Assembly (NCBI GenBank): GCA_030697795.1
Contig: JAUYOV010000004.1
Span: 77,886 to 141,885, forward strand
Origin: a bacterium
GTDB lineage: Bacteria; Patescibacteriota; Minisyncoccia; JACQLN01
Length of the DNA: 64,000 nucleotides
Reading direction: 5' to 3'
Below, in pieces: positions 37,225 to 51,209 of the stretch. Below the pieces are notes generated by a model. It worked only from the letters and a program-made list of their open reading frames with translations. It ran no database searches and was not told the origin of the DNA. The stretch's first letter is position 1. Each line of letters starts with the position of its first letter. Made by a program: the position numbers and the translations under genes.

Positions 37225-39129
37225 CTATTGCTTCAAAATCTTATACATTGATACCTGAGGATCTTTATAAACTATTTTTAAGCCCCTGTCTGTAATAAAG
37301 TTATTATTACCAGTAATTTGTTCTTCTAACGGCCCCACATAAACATAACCTGTTCCGATCTCTGACCAATCCCTGCGCATTGTTTTGTAACGACCCGACA
37401 ACTCTATTATCTTTTCTTGCCTTTTTTTGGTTACAAAATCTTGATCAGAATTTGAGGAGTAAATACTGTTAAAAGTATTGTATCGGCTAGAAAAATAACC
37501 TCCGTACAAATTACCAAAACTATCGTTAAGATTACTATCCTTGTCGGGAAAACAATCATAAGCTTCGCATTGCGGATCAAGTTTACCAGCTAAACGTTGC
37601 TCTAAAACTTCCGGTCTCACTCCAAATAATTTGTGGCTTAAAAGGTATCTGTCTTCCATTTCTTTGACACTCAACAATGTTATAAAGGCCGTCGGCAAAA
37701 AAGGCCTAGAGAAGGTGTGAGTATTAAGATAAAAAGATGTTAAAGTTGAAGGAGAAACTATCACGCTTTCGGGCGAAAGATTGTGATTGACCCATTTCCA
37801 GGAAACTGCGACCTCACTCGGAAATTTATAGTAATCTACAATATGTTCTTGCAGAGAATAATTTATTAAAACTATATTGATTATTTTTTTGGCAACAATA
37901 AATAAAGATAAAACTACTAAGCCCGTCAAAAAAACTTTTTTTAATCGTAACCGTTTAAGTGTAACTCTACTAGAAAGATCGTGAAGTACAGCAAAAACAA
38001 TTATAAAGATAATCGGAGATATAGACCTCCTAAAAAAATGGGGCACCGGTAAATAACCAACCACCATCTGGATATTCCACACCAGCATCATTCCACCAAT
38101 AAGACCCAAAAACAAAACGAACTTATTGCGGTCATGGTGGCGGTAGACAAAATAAACCACCAAGACTAATAGCAAGTAAACAAAATAGTCCGCAATATTG
38201 TCTCTAGCTACTCCCAAAGAATGTCCAAAAACTACCCCCGCTCTTAAGATAAAATCCTGATATGTATCTAGAGATCTAAAATTGTTATACATCCAAAAAT
38301 AAGGAATAGTGGTAACTGCCAAAGCAGAAAACAAAACAAGGTAAGATTTGATGCGATTTCTATCCCGCGCAACTAGCGCATACAGAAAAAGAACCAGCAA
38401 CACAACCAACCAGTAAACCCAGTGGTGAAAATAAGTATAAAACATTAAACCGGCAAAAAATCCTGAAAATAGGGCAAATTTTAGAGTGGGTCTTGTCCAA
38501 AAAATGAAAAAAGATATAATAGCGGCTAGATAGAACGGATAGGTCAATAAAGGTTCATCCACTCTCGCTAAATAAAGTTGGTCAAATTGAGTCCTAACAA
38601 AAGGCAAAAAATTGTTTATAAAGAAAGCCTGAAATTCCGAGAAGCCCTGCCATTTGTAAAAAGGTAATTTTAAAACAATCGGAGATAAAACGGCAGTTAA
38701 AGAAAAAAACCACGACCAAACTCGCGATCTAAATATGATTTGCCCCAGAACATAAAAAAGGGTAAATATAATACCTGAAAATACAAATTGAGCACCTAAA
38801 TAAGCTAAATCTATATTGCCTTTGAATAGAAAAATAAAAACCGAAAACAATGTGGATGGTATTAAGTTTTGAATAGTCGGCGCGCCAGGGGAACCATAAA
38901 GCTCCGAGGGTGGAAAATGTCCGTCGTAAATTTCTCTAGCTCGAGGCAAATAGGCTTGTAGCGAATCTCGGTAAGTTTTATACTGCGCCAAAACAAAAAC
39001 ATTGTCTGATTTTTCAAAATGTTTCTTTACGAATAGCGGAGGTCCTATATATAGCGCGCCTACCAGTAGAGCGCCTAAAAAAACCAATGCACCGGCAAAA
39101 AAATTATTTTTAAAAATATCATCTATCAT
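37225..39129 (-). CDS. large polytopic membrane protein, GT-C-like glycosyltransferase candidate (paralogue of 49244-51091)
   Basis: Shared N-terminal region ...YLPRAREIYDGHFPP... and >12 TM segments. Confidence 0.45.
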   Translation of the reverse strand: MIDDIFKNNFFAGALVFLGALLVGALYIGPPLFVKKHFEKSDNVFVLAQYKTYRDSLQAYLPRAREIYDGHFPPSELYGSPGAPTIQNLIPSTLFSVFIFLFKGNIDLAYLGAQFVFSGIIFTLFYVLGQIIFRSRVWSWFFSLTAVLSPIVLKLPFYKWQGFSEFQAFFINNFLPFVRTQFDQLYLARVDEPLLTYPFYLAAIISFFIFWTRPTLKFALFSGFFAGLMFYTYFHHWVYWLVVLLVLFLYALVARDRNRIKSYLVLFSALAVTTIPYFWMYNNFRSLDTYQDFILRAGVVFGHSLGVARDNIADYFVYLLLVLVVYFVYRHHDRNKFVLFLGLIGGMMLVWNIQMVVGYLPVPHFFRRSISPIIFIIVFAVLHDLSSRVTLKRLRLKKVFLTGLVVLSLFIVAKKIINIVLINYSLQEHIVDYYKFPSEVAVSWKWVNHNLSPESVIVSPSTLTSFYLNTHTFSRPFLPTAFITLLSVKEMEDRYLLSHKLFGVRPEVLEQRLAGKLDPQCEAYDCFPDKDSNLNDSFGNLYGGYFSSRYNTFNSIYSSNSDQDFVTKKRQEKIIELSGRYKTMRRDWSEIGTGYVYVGPLEEQITGNNNFITDRGLKIVYKDPQVSMYKILKQ

Positions 39130-39152
39130 ATTTTGAATACCCTAACACAATA

Positions 39153-40430
39153 TTAAGCTACTGGAGAAATAAAAATCTCGTGAAAAACTTTTTGAATATC
39201 CAAATCAACTGTGGCAAAAACATCGACTATTTTAAGAGCCGAGTCGCCCCCGCCAAAAATATTACTAACAGGAAACTTCCCTCGGTTAATTTGAGTCAAA
39301 ATTGCTTGTCTTAAAGAATCTTTTTGGTTATCAATGACTTCTAAAATATTATCTCCCCTTTCTCTGTTGTTTTGTCTGGAACCCAGTAAAACCACCGGGG
39401 TACCAAAATAGGCCCCTTCACGAATAAAGCTGGAAGAATTGCCTACGGCACAGGCTGTATATTTTAAATACTTATAAAAATCATCGGGGTGTAATGTTTT
39501 TGTAAAAAAAACATTATTGGGCTTTTCTTTTTCTAACCAATTTTTAATAACACCACCTAAGGCGTCTGAACCGGCATCAATATTAGAACCTAAAATAATT
39601 TTGGGTATTGATATTTCTTTTATAGCAGAGATTAAATTTTGAGCAAATTTAAAATTTTCTTCCGAAGAAATTGTAGTAACGGGATGAGCTAAGATTAAAA
39701 GATAGGGTTTTGATATATCCAGTTTAGAAAAGACATCCGGCCTAATTTTAAAATCCACATTAGCAATAGCATCTATGGCCGGAGAACCCACGTTAAAAAC
39801 TTTCTCTGGATTTTCACCCATTTGTATAACTCTATTTCTGCTAGATTCTGTAGAAGTGAAATGAATATGCGCCAGCTTGGTTATAGCATGTCTTACGCTT
39901 TCATCTATAGTGCCACTCATATCACCGCCTTCATTGTGGGCTATGGGAATGTTTAGATAGGAAGCGACCATGGCCACAGCCATCATTTCAAATCTGTCGG
40001 CATTAACGAAAACCACATCGGGTTTTATTTTTCTAATTTCATCGGTTAGTTTTTCTAGTCCAAACCCTGCGGTTTTAGCCATTGTTTCCGATTTACCGCC
40101 GTCAAAAAAAATTGGCACATATGCTTCTAACTCAAAACCATCTGCTAAAAGATTTCTGGCTAAAAAATCATTTTTAAAAACATATTTTTTACCCAAGAAA
40201 GATCTTATTCGCGCTAACATATACCAAGGCAAAGCTAAAAACCAAGATCTGGGACGGCTATTTATTATATTTTTTAAAAAATAACCATAAGCCGCGGGTA
40301 CACCTACTATTATCTTTAAATCTAAGTTTGGATGATTTTTTATAGCATTAAGAACCGGACGCAACCGACCATAGTGGGCTCGGTTAAATATTGGAACTAA
40401 AATTTTTCTTTTAGGATTCATAACAGTCAA
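39153..40430 (-). CDS. UDP-N-acetylglucosamine 2-epimerase (hydrolysing), NeuC/LegG-like
   Basis: ADRFEMMAVA...HNEGGDMSGTIDESVRHAITKLAHIHF. Confidence 0.7.
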   Translation of the reverse strand: MTVMNPKRKILVPIFNRAHYGRLRPVLNAIKNHPNLDLKIIVGVPAAYGYFLKNIINSRPRSWFLALPWYMLARIRSFLGKKYVFKNDFLARNLLADGFELEAYVPIFFDGGKSETMAKTAGFGLEKLTDEIRKIKPDVVFVNADRFEMMAVAMVASYLNIPIAHNEGGDMSGTIDESVRHAITKLAHIHFTSTESSRNRVIQMGENPEKVFNVGSPAIDAIANVDFKIRPDVFSKLDISKPYLLILAHPVTTISSEENFKFAQNLISAIKEISIPKIILGSNIDAGSDALGGVIKNWLEKEKPNNVFFTKTLHPDDFYKYLKYTACAVGNSSSFIREGAYFGTPVVLLGSRQNNRERGDNILEVIDNQKDSLRQAILTQINRGKFPVSNIFGGGDSALKIVDVFATVDLDIQKVFHEIFISPVA

Positions 40431-41545
40431 ACTATCATTTCTAGAGAAATCGGTTGGTTCTTAGTTATAGCTTGAGAAGCTTTTTTACCAAGAATATTTT
40501 CATATTTTTCGGAAGGCAAGCCGTCCAAATGCAATTGTGGGCGCATAGCTCCCAACATTTCTTGTTTGATCTCTATGCCTGCTGGTATATCTGTTAAAGC
40601 TACCAACGTTTTTCTAAAAAACGGCCTAAACTTAACTTCGCCTTCTTGTAAAACTTTTATGGTTTTACCCATCCCCTCTTTTACAATTTCCTTGTTAAGA
40701 TATTCTTCTTTTTTATTTGGATTTGATTCTATGTTTCTTATCTCTGAAACCATAAGCTTAAGTTCTTCTGGTGTCATAGCCACTTTATGATCCGAACCCC
40801 ATAAATCGCGATTTAAAGAAAAATGTTTTTCTATTATTTTGGCGCCCAGAGCTACAGCCGCTAAAGCCGAATCCATACCGATAGAATGATCGGAAAAACC
40901 TATGGGCACATTATATCTTTCCTTAAAAAAGTTAATCGTTTGCAGCTGAAGTTCTTCGGGTGGGCAGGGATATTTAGAAACACAATGCAACAAAGAAAAA
41001 TCCGCGCCCTTATCTTTTAAAAATTTAACAGCCAGATCCACCTCTGCCAATGTGCTCATGCCCGCCGAGATTATAATCGGCTTTCCGGTTGAAGCCAGAT
41101 AATCTAGCATTACAAAATCCAAAATATCGCCCGAACCTACTTTCCATAAATCTACGCCAACTTCTTCGTTTAAAAGCCTAGCCGCACCGCGACTCATTGG
41201 TGTAGAGAAAAAAATAATACCAAGCTCATCGCAATACTTTTTTAGTTCCTGCCAAAACCAAACTGGCGTAGCACTGGTATTTCTCTTAACCCAACTATAT
41301 CTGTCTGCTCCGTTAAAATGAGGAGCCACAACATTTATATTGGCCTGCTCATCGTCTACGGTGTGAGTTTGAAACTTAACAGCATCAGCACCAGCTTCTT
41401 TGGCCAAACGAACCAGCTCTTTAGCATTAGCTAAATAAACCTCTGGCGTTTGATCGGCTTCGGTCTGTATAAAACCTTTGCCGATTTCGGCTACGACAAA
41501 AACGGAGTTATTTGCGTGTTTTAAATTTTCTATTTTAAACCCCAT
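40427..41545 (-). CDS. nonulosonic (sialic/legionaminic/pseudaminic) acid synthase, NeuB family with SAF domain
   Basis: VVAEIG...GADAVKFQTH...GSGDI; C-terminal SAF domain. Confidence 0.8.
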   Translation of the reverse strand: MGFKIENLKHANNSVFVVAEIGKGFIQTEADQTPEVYLANAKELVRLAKEAGADAVKFQTHTVDDEQANINVVAPHFNGADRYSWVKRNTSATPVWFWQELKKYCDELGIIFFSTPMSRGAARLLNEEVGVDLWKVGSGDILDFVMLDYLASTGKPIIISAGMSTLAEVDLAVKFLKDKGADFSLLHCVSKYPCPPEELQLQTINFFKERYNVPIGFSDHSIGMDSALAAVALGAKIIEKHFSLNRDLWGSDHKVAMTPEELKLMVSEIRNIESNPNKKEEYLNKEIVKEGMGKTIKVLQEGEVKFRPFFRKTLVALTDIPAGIEIKQEMLGAMRPQLHLDGLPSEKYENILGKKASQAITKNQPISLEMIV

Positions 41546-41573
41546 TTTTATGCCTATTACAACAATTTTTAAC

Positions 41574-42533
41574 TTATCTTAGTTTCCCAGACTTGACGAA
41601 CTTTTCAACCTCTTTAGCTATAAAATCTTCAGTTATATGCATAGCCTCAAAAGTAGCTCCGCCTATATGCGGAGTTATTATTAAATTGTCGTGTGCCTTG
41701 GCATACTTCCACAAAAAATCCTGCTTGAGATGGGCGCCATCGGATAATTCGTTATCCATAACATCTATGGCCGATCCGGCTATCATTTTTTGGGACAGAG
41801 CCTTATACAAAGCCTGCTTTTCTATTAACTCTGCCCGTGCAGTATTGATAAAATAAGCCGTGGGTTTCATCAATCTAAAATGCTTCAATTTTAGGAAACT
41901 ATGATTTTTTTCTGTCAAAAGCGCGTGGAGAGAAACAACATCGGAAATTTTTAGCAATTTTTCTAAACTAACAAAATCAACACCTCTTGCAGGCTTCACA
42001 TAAGGATCATAAGCCACTATTTTCATGCCAAGAGCTTTGCCATATCGAGCCATAATTTTTCCAAGCCGACCGTACCCAATAATTCCCAATATCTTTCCAG
42101 AAAGTTGATAACCACGAAAACTCATTCTATCCCACTGACTTTCTTTTTTAATATTTTCAAATGCAGGGTTTATGTTTCTTACTAAAGATATCATTAAACC
42201 AAAAGCTAATTCAGCGGTAGAAGTAATATTTCTTAAAAAACCAGTATGTCCCCTTAAACTAATAATTTCAATTCCTTTTGATTTAGAGTAACCTATATCT
42301 ATATGGTTTAGACCAGTCGTTGGAGTTGCAATTATTTTAAGATTGGGCATCTTATCAATCCAGAATCTATCTATGGCATATTTTAATCTGACCACAAGTA
42401 TATCAGCCAAGAACTTTGGCCCTTGTTTTTTTAAGGCTTCAACTGAAGTACAAAAATAAACCTGCCCCAATTTTTTATACAAAGCAAGGGCTTTTAGAGA
42501 ATAATCCTCTGACTCAACAATTAAAGTTTTCAT
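41574..42533 (-). CDS. D-isomer-specific 2-hydroxyacid dehydrogenase
   Basis: GIIGYGRLGKIMA NAD-binding fingerprint; catalytic His region. Confidence 0.8.
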   Translation of the reverse strand: MKTLIVESEDYSLKALALYKKLGQVYFCTSVEALKKQGPKFLADILVVRLKYAIDRFWIDKMPNLKIIATPTTGLNHIDIGYSKSKGIEIISLRGHTGFLRNITSTAELAFGLMISLVRNINPAFENIKKESQWDRMSFRGYQLSGKILGIIGYGRLGKIMARYGKALGMKIVAYDPYVKPARGVDFVSLEKLLKISDVVSLHALLTEKNHSFLKLKHFRLMKPTAYFINTARAELIEKQALYKALSQKMIAGSAIDVMDNELSDGAHLKQDFLWKYAKAHDNLIITPHIGGATFEAMHITEDFIAKEVEKFVKSGKLR

Positions 42534-42541
42534 GACTTTAG

Positions 42542-43948
42542 CTACCTAAATTTAAACTTTCGCGCGGCAAATAAAGTCATTTTTAGCAAAAGCCAGCCAT
42601 GGCGCCAGCGCTGAATATTGGTATCGCCATAGGTTCTAGCCTGATACCGAATAGGCATTTCTACTATTTTTAAATTCAATTTAGCCGCACCAAAAAGCAA
42701 ATCGAAATCGCCAAAAGGGTCAAAATCGCCAAAGTATTTCCTGTTAGCTGCAATAAATTCGTAATCTTTTTTAAATAAAACTTTAGTGCCACAAAGAGTA
42801 TCTTTTATGCGTTGGCCTAAAATCCAGCTAAACATCAAACTAAAAAATTTATTGCCTAAAATATTTAAAAATCTCATTGACTCGTTTTCTAGCGGATACA
42901 CCAGACGCGAGCCATTTATAAATTCTCCTTTTCCAGAAATTATAGCATTATAAAACTTTGGCAAATCTTCCGGCGGCATAGTTAAATCGGCATCAAGAAT
43001 CATCAGAACTTCTCCCTTGGCTTTTTCAAAGCCCAACCGTACCTTATCTCGTTTGTTATCAATAATTCCTTCATACCAATGTATATTCTGTTTTCCGACA
43101 TATATCTCTGCTACTCGTTTAATTTCTTCAAATGTGCCGTCCGATGATCCTTTTTCAACAAAAATAATCTCTTGATAAGTACCAAATCTAGGTATTCGTT
43201 TAACAGCATCCTCAATATTTCCCTTTTCATTGCGACATGGAATAATAATGGAAACTGATCTTTCTTCTCGATCTTGAGGAATAGGACGAGCAACGACATA
43301 CTGAATTACACCAACTTTTCTAATTAAAGGTAGGTTGCCTATGTAGCGATTTATAATTACCGAAATAAACGGTATATACACAGGTAAAACCAATTGGTTG
43401 TCACTTTTAATAATTTCAAACCCGCTCATGTATAGCAGGTTTTCTACATCTTTTAGTGAAAGCCAATTTTGCAAATGTTGACGATCTTTTATGTGGAGTA
43501 ACTCTGCGAGTCTCAAGATAGGTTCCCAGAGATAGTTGTAATACGTAATAACAAGTTTTGTTTTTGCGTGAGTAACACGTCTTAAATTTGAAAAAACGCA
43601 CTCAACATCATTTACTGAGCCAACTAAATCGGAAAGAATAATATAATCAAAACTCTCTCCAATTTTTAAATCTTCCGCATTATCAACTCGCCACTCTAAA
43701 GAAGGATATTTTGAACGAGCCTTATTCATCATTCGCGAACTTATATCAACCCCCACTCCCCGGCTGGGCATAACAGCATTTAATAAATCTCCCGTACCAG
43801 CACCTATTTCGAGCACAAGCTGTTTTTTAGGTATTAAAAAACATAATAAATTTTCAAGATTTTGGTGATAATACCAATTTCGCTTTTTCCAATAATCTCG
43901 AGTTTCTGCCTTTAAATCAAAATGTTCGGCTAATAATATCTTCGGCAT
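42542..43948 (-). CDS. bifunctional SAM-methyltransferase / family-2 glycosyltransferase
   Basis: N-terminal VLEIGAGTGDL motif; C-terminal IIIPCRNE...DADL GT2 motifs. Confidence 0.7.
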   Translation of the reverse strand: MPKILLAEHFDLKAETRDYWKKRNWYYHQNLENLLCFLIPKKQLVLEIGAGTGDLLNAVMPSRGVGVDISSRMMNKARSKYPSLEWRVDNAEDLKIGESFDYIILSDLVGSVNDVECVFSNLRRVTHAKTKLVITYYNYLWEPILRLAELLHIKDRQHLQNWLSLKDVENLLYMSGFEIIKSDNQLVLPVYIPFISVIINRYIGNLPLIRKVGVIQYVVARPIPQDREERSVSIIIPCRNEKGNIEDAVKRIPRFGTYQEIIFVEKGSSDGTFEEIKRVAEIYVGKQNIHWYEGIIDNKRDKVRLGFEKAKGEVLMILDADLTMPPEDLPKFYNAIISGKGEFINGSRLVYPLENESMRFLNILGNKFFSLMFSWILGQRIKDTLCGTKVLFKKDYEFIAANRKYFGDFDPFGDFDLLFGAAKLNLKIVEMPIRYQARTYGDTNIQRWRHGWLLLKMTLFAARKFKFR

Positions 43949-43951
43949 ATG

Positions 43952-44602
43952 TTATATGTTAAATAATTCTTTGAGTTTGCGTTTAATAAGAGAAACTATC
44001 ATCTCTGGACTAACCTTAAGTCTTTTGGCGATCTCGTTTTCTATAATATGCCCAACCTCTCTTTGGACTTGAAAATAAGTTTTGCCGTTAAAAAGCTTCT
44101 TACCTGATTCATTTAACTCACGATATCGTTCAGCGCTTTCTAGCTCATCTATTCGTTCATCCAAACTAACAACAGCATTGCCAAATGTAATATCATCAAT
44201 ATAGTGCATTACCTGATAAATGAAATCCTTACCAAGGATATTACTTAAAGAAGAATGGCCAACCGATTCAGTAAGCAAAATAACATCATCATAATATCCA
44301 GCTTCTTTCAAAAACTGTGAACTTTCTTTTGCTTTTTTATTGTATTCTTCTGCTCCATATTTATTAACTGCCTCTCGTTCATTGCGTTTAAACCAATCGT
44401 GCAGTATTGCGGCTATTATCAACATATCCTGATCTTTTTCTTTAAACCCAAGTAGTTCCCCTAAAACACTAGCAACAAGCCCTTCTGTAAAACAATGATT
44501 AAAAACATTTATCCAATCGTCTACCAATCTTCCTTTATTTTTTAAAAAATTAAGTTCACGGTTGAATTTTTTTTCAAATTTTTCTTTTTGATCCGTACTC
44601 AT
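43952..44602 (-). CDS. hypothetical protein, possible HD-domain hydrolase
   Basis: H...HDWFK motif only. Confidence 0.3.
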   Translation of the reverse strand: MSTDQKEKFEKKFNRELNFLKNKGRLVDDWINVFNHCFTEGLVASVLGELLGFKEKDQDMLIIAAILHDWFKRNEREAVNKYGAEEYNKKAKESSQFLKEAGYYDDVILLTESVGHSSLSNILGKDFIYQVMHYIDDITFGNAVVSLDERIDELESAERYRELNESGKKLFNGKTYFQVQREVGHIIENEIAKRLKVSPEMIVSLIKRKLKELFNI

Positions 44603-47405
<2,803 letters not shown>

Positions 47406-47409
<4 letters not shown>

Positions 47410-47864
47410 TTAAATAAGTTAAATCGGTAAAAATTGGTTTCCACCAAGTTAAACCCCATTGCTTGATAGAGTTTATTAGCCTCTTCTCTAACCGGGTTAG
47501 TACGTAAACTCAAATGGCGAGCCCTTTTTTGATGGGCTAATTTTATGCCCACCTCCATAAGTAAACGACCTACCCCCCACTTCCGATAGGGCTTATCAAT
47601 CACTAAATCTTCTGACCAGGCAATCAAACCTGTTGGTATTTTTACAAAATAGACACTCAAAACACCGATTATTTTTTCTTGATTTTTGCTAACTTTGCCA
47701 ACTGCTACTATAAAAAATAAATGTTCTTGATTAAGCATTTCTTTGTATTCTGTCATGGTTATGTGTTTAGGTGAAACTTTAGTCAAGCTCATTTGAGAAA
47801 TCAAGTTATTGATATCCACCAGTTCACGCTCTTTGGCTTTTTTAATTATTTTAATTTTTACCAT
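47406..47864 (-). CDS. GNAT acetyltransferase, paralogue 1
   Basis: RKWGVGRLLME acetyl-CoA binding motif. Confidence 0.75.
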
Positions 47865-47865
47865 T

Positions 47866-49230
47866 TTATTTTTGCGATAAAAAACATCTTTCTAGTAAAT
47901 CCACACTTCTTTTGTAGGATAATCCGTCAATAAACTCAACATACCGATCAACGATTTTCTTCCGGTGGCCGCTATCTAATTTTGGACTTTCTAAATATAA
48001 GCTGATTAGTTTTGGCAAATCATCATCTATTTTAACCAATCGAATCGCACCACTTTGATAAATTGGCCGATAATGATCGAAGTCGTAGGCCAGAGCATAA
48101 ACACCTAAGTAACCAATGTTAATAATTGGCTTATCAAAAATACAGGCTTCAATAGAGATAGTTGAAGCATAATTAATATTTAGATCAGTGTACTTAAGTG
48201 AATATTTTAAATTTAAAAGATCTTGATAATTCATTTCTACTCGTCCAGGTACCACCTCTCGACCAGCCATTTCAATGTAAAAATTCGGCAACCCCGTAAA
48301 TTCGGTGTAATTGCCTGGCAGATCTAATGGATGAAGCCGAACAAAAATATTAACATAGGGAATAACTTTTTTCTTTCGAAGCTCAATTAAATCATAGATA
48401 TATTTTTTCTGGAAAGGATAGGCCTTTGTTACGGTAGTATATAAAACTGTAGGATATTTTGGATCCAACCCTTTCGATTTTATAAAGTCGGCCCGAGTTG
48501 GTTCAGATTCTTCTTTTTTAAAATATGGGTCAAAACGCGGTGTGCCTGAAACAAAAACTTGATTCTCTGGATAATTATGGATTGTCTCCGCTTCATGTTT
48601 CATAATTCCATTCCAAGGGATCAAGAAATCAGCTTTACGAATATGTTTAGAATTCATGGTTAAATTATCCCAACTAAAATTAACCGCCACAGTGGATAAA
48701 CCCAGGCGTTTTGACAAAAGAATTATCTCTGCCTCCCAAGGATCAAAACCCGGAGTAGCCGTAATAACCAACTTCGGTCGATATTGTTTTATCAGCGACC
48801 GAAAAAAAACTGAATTCGGCAAAACCATAGCTTCTATAGCCGTAAAAAAATTCACGGTAAGAAACCTTGAAAAAGGTAAACCTATAGTTCTAAACAAACG
48901 TCTCTTCCAATTATTTTTATAATTTGGCCGCTTATAAAAATGCTGAGCGGAAGCTAAATAATCAAATTCATTTACCCAACATATCCTTAAAAATTTAAAC
49001 ACACTCCAAAATTTTGGATTCTCCAACTGCCTCTGAACATAGACAGTATCGGCGGATTGATAATATTGATCCGCCTTATTCTGACCCAAAAAAGGAGTTA
49101 AAACTATAACCCTATACTTAGATGCAAGATATTCAATATATCTTGTCCGCAAAAGATCAGTAGCAAAAACATAATTAGGCACAGCCAGAAACACCGTATT
49201 CTTCATAGTAATTAAACTCAATAAAGGCAA
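47866..49230 (-). CDS. CDP-polyol phosphotransferase, TagF-like, paralogue 2
   Basis: FSWDNLT, GTPRFD, ASTISIEACIFDKP. Confidence 0.65.
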   Translation of the reverse strand: MPLLSLITMKNTVFLAVPNYVFATDLLRTRYIEYLASKYRVIVLTPFLGQNKADQYYQSADTVYVQRQLENPKFWSVFKFLRICWVNEFDYLASAQHFYKRPNYKNNWKRRLFRTIGLPFSRFLTVNFFTAIEAMVLPNSVFFRSLIKQYRPKLVITATPGFDPWEAEIILLSKRLGLSTVAVNFSWDNLTMNSKHIRKADFLIPWNGIMKHEAETIHNYPENQVFVSGTPRFDPYFKKEESEPTRADFIKSKGLDPKYPTVLYTTVTKAYPFQKKYIYDLIELRKKKVIPYVNIFVRLHPLDLPGNYTEFTGLPNFYIEMAGREVVPGRVEMNYQDLLNLKYSLKYTDLNINYASTISIEACIFDKPIINIGYLGVYALAYDFDHYRPIYQSGAIRLVKIDDDLPKLISLYLESPKLDSGHRKKIVDRYVEFIDGLSYKRSVDLLERCFLSQK

Positions 49231-49243
49231 AATGAGTAACCAT

Positions 49244-51091
49244 CTATTTGATAACGCGATAAATCTTGACTAAAGGGTTGTGATAAACCAACTTCAAATT
49301 TCGATCATAGGAGAAATCAACTTGGCCAAACTGTTTCTCCCATGGACCATAATACACGTAATCCGAGTTAGTTTCATACCAACTGGGCAATATATTCTCA
49401 TATTGTTTTAACACCTCCTGCGGATTCTTATAAAAATCACTAATACCATATCCAGCCGACAGAAGGTACCATGGAGTTTTTTCAAAATTTATCTGACTGT
49501 CTTTAGGACACAACTTGTTAGAACAATCAATTTTAAAATAAACATCCAACCGACGAGCTAAAACTTCATTAGAAACTTGAAATAACTTATTGCTAGTCAA
49601 AAATCTATCTTCAATTTCGGAATCAGTTAAGGGCGACAAAAAACCGGAGGCCAAATATGGACGAGCCGAAGTATAAGATGCCAGATATAAAGAAGTAATC
49701 AACGATGACGACACTACACGGGGTTCACCTTCAACACCCTTATTGATCCAACGCCATGAAGAAACAATATCTTGAGGGAAATCATACCTTCTGGAAAGCT
49801 CTAGGGGAGGATTTTTCAAAATAAAAACATTAATTGTGTGCTTGCTTATCAATAATGCCATCAGTACCACCAACACAATATCGATTGCTACTTTTATTTG
49901 TTTAGATTTTTCTTGGCTATAGTTTTTAAAAAAATCATGAACAAGATTAAATAAAATAATATAAATAATCAAACCGATAGGTTTATTGAAATGAGCCAGT
50001 GCAAAACCGAAGCCAAAAAGCGTAGGCGTATACCAAACCAGAAACATTGTGACTACTAGACATATAAAAACACACCCCTTGGCTGGATTGATCTTTTTCT
50101 TAAAGTAAAAGAAATAAACTCCGGTCAAGATTACCAAATAAATTATATGATTGAGAATTAGCGTCCAGCCCCAAGAGGAACTAATATAGTCAAATGTTAA
50201 TAACCGACCAGCTTCCTTACCCAAACGAAAAATGTAATCAGCACTATAGTTGATCTGCGAGAAATTAAAGTAATTAATTACATATGGGATTAGGATCAAA
50301 AAGAACGTTGATAACAGGATCAAATAATTTTTTAATCTGGGTTTGCCCGACTTTCTTGAAAATAAAGTCCATAAAAAACACACACCCAGAAATATCGCCC
50401 AAAAAAGCCAATAGTGCAAATAAGTATAAGCCAGCAAACCAGCAAAAACACCAGCGACAAGGGCGGTAACTTTTTTGGGTCTGACCCAAAAATAATAAAA
50501 TGATATTATGGCCGCTAACAAGACGGGATAAGTTAACATAGGATCGTCTATGCGGGCAAAATACATTTTATCAATAGGGGTTCTAACAATGGGAATAAAT
50601 TTTTTTAAAGTGATGCCCAAAAAATCACGATCATAATATCTAAATATCAGTTGGGGAATTTGAGTTAAAACACCTGTTAACGCAAAAAATATAGCCCACA
50701 ACTTGGAACGAATCATAAGCCAACCCAACCAAAAAAACAGCAAAAAAATTATGATAGCAAACACAAACTGGGCACTGATATAGGCCCAGTTAAGATTGCC
50801 ATTAAATAAAAATAAAAAGGGGGAAAACATGGCCGACGGCAAGGGGTTTAATGGAGATAATCCATTCTCTCCAGAAAAAACATTGCGAGGAGGCCAGTGG
50901 CCATCAAAAACCTCGCGAGCGCGGGGCAAGTATTGGAAAAATTCATCACGGTAGCCGCTTTGCTGGGCTAATAAAAAATCAGTGCCTTTTTGAGCAAGAT
51001 TATGCCAAATTAAAACAGGCGGTAAGATGTTCAGAGCACCCACCACCAAAGCCAAAACAATTAACACTACAATAAATTTGTTATCAATCAC
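49244..51091 (-). CDS. large polytopic membrane protein, GT-C-like candidate (paralogue of 37225-39129)
   Basis: YLPRAREVFDGHWPP shared block. Confidence 0.45.
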   Translation of the reverse strand: MIDNKFIVVLIVLALVVGALNILPPVLIWHNLAQKGTDFLLAQQSGYRDEFFQYLPRAREVFDGHWPPRNVFSGENGLSPLNPLPSAMFSPFLFLFNGNLNWAYISAQFVFAIIIFLLFFWLGWLMIRSKLWAIFFALTGVLTQIPQLIFRYYDRDFLGITLKKFIPIVRTPIDKMYFARIDDPMLTYPVLLAAIISFYYFWVRPKKVTALVAGVFAGLLAYTYLHYWLFWAIFLGVCFLWTLFSRKSGKPRLKNYLILLSTFFLILIPYVINYFNFSQINYSADYIFRLGKEAGRLLTFDYISSSWGWTLILNHIIYLVILTGVYFFYFKKKINPAKGCVFICLVVTMFLVWYTPTLFGFGFALAHFNKPIGLIIYIILFNLVHDFFKNYSQEKSKQIKVAIDIVLVVLMALLISKHTINVFILKNPPLELSRRYDFPQDIVSSWRWINKGVEGEPRVVSSSLITSLYLASYTSARPYLASGFLSPLTDSEIEDRFLTSNKLFQVSNEVLARRLDVYFKIDCSNKLCPKDSQINFEKTPWYLLSAGYGISDFYKNPQEVLKQYENILPSWYETNSDYVYYGPWEKQFGQVDFSYDRNLKLVYHNPLVKIYRVIK

Positions 51092-51209
51092 CCTTATTAA
51101 TGATAAACGAGTTACTTTTCAATTCAGATTCGGCAGTATAATACATGACTTTCCTCAAAAACCTTATTTATTACTGATCCGCGATGTTTCAAATAATTTA
51201 AAACTTAAT

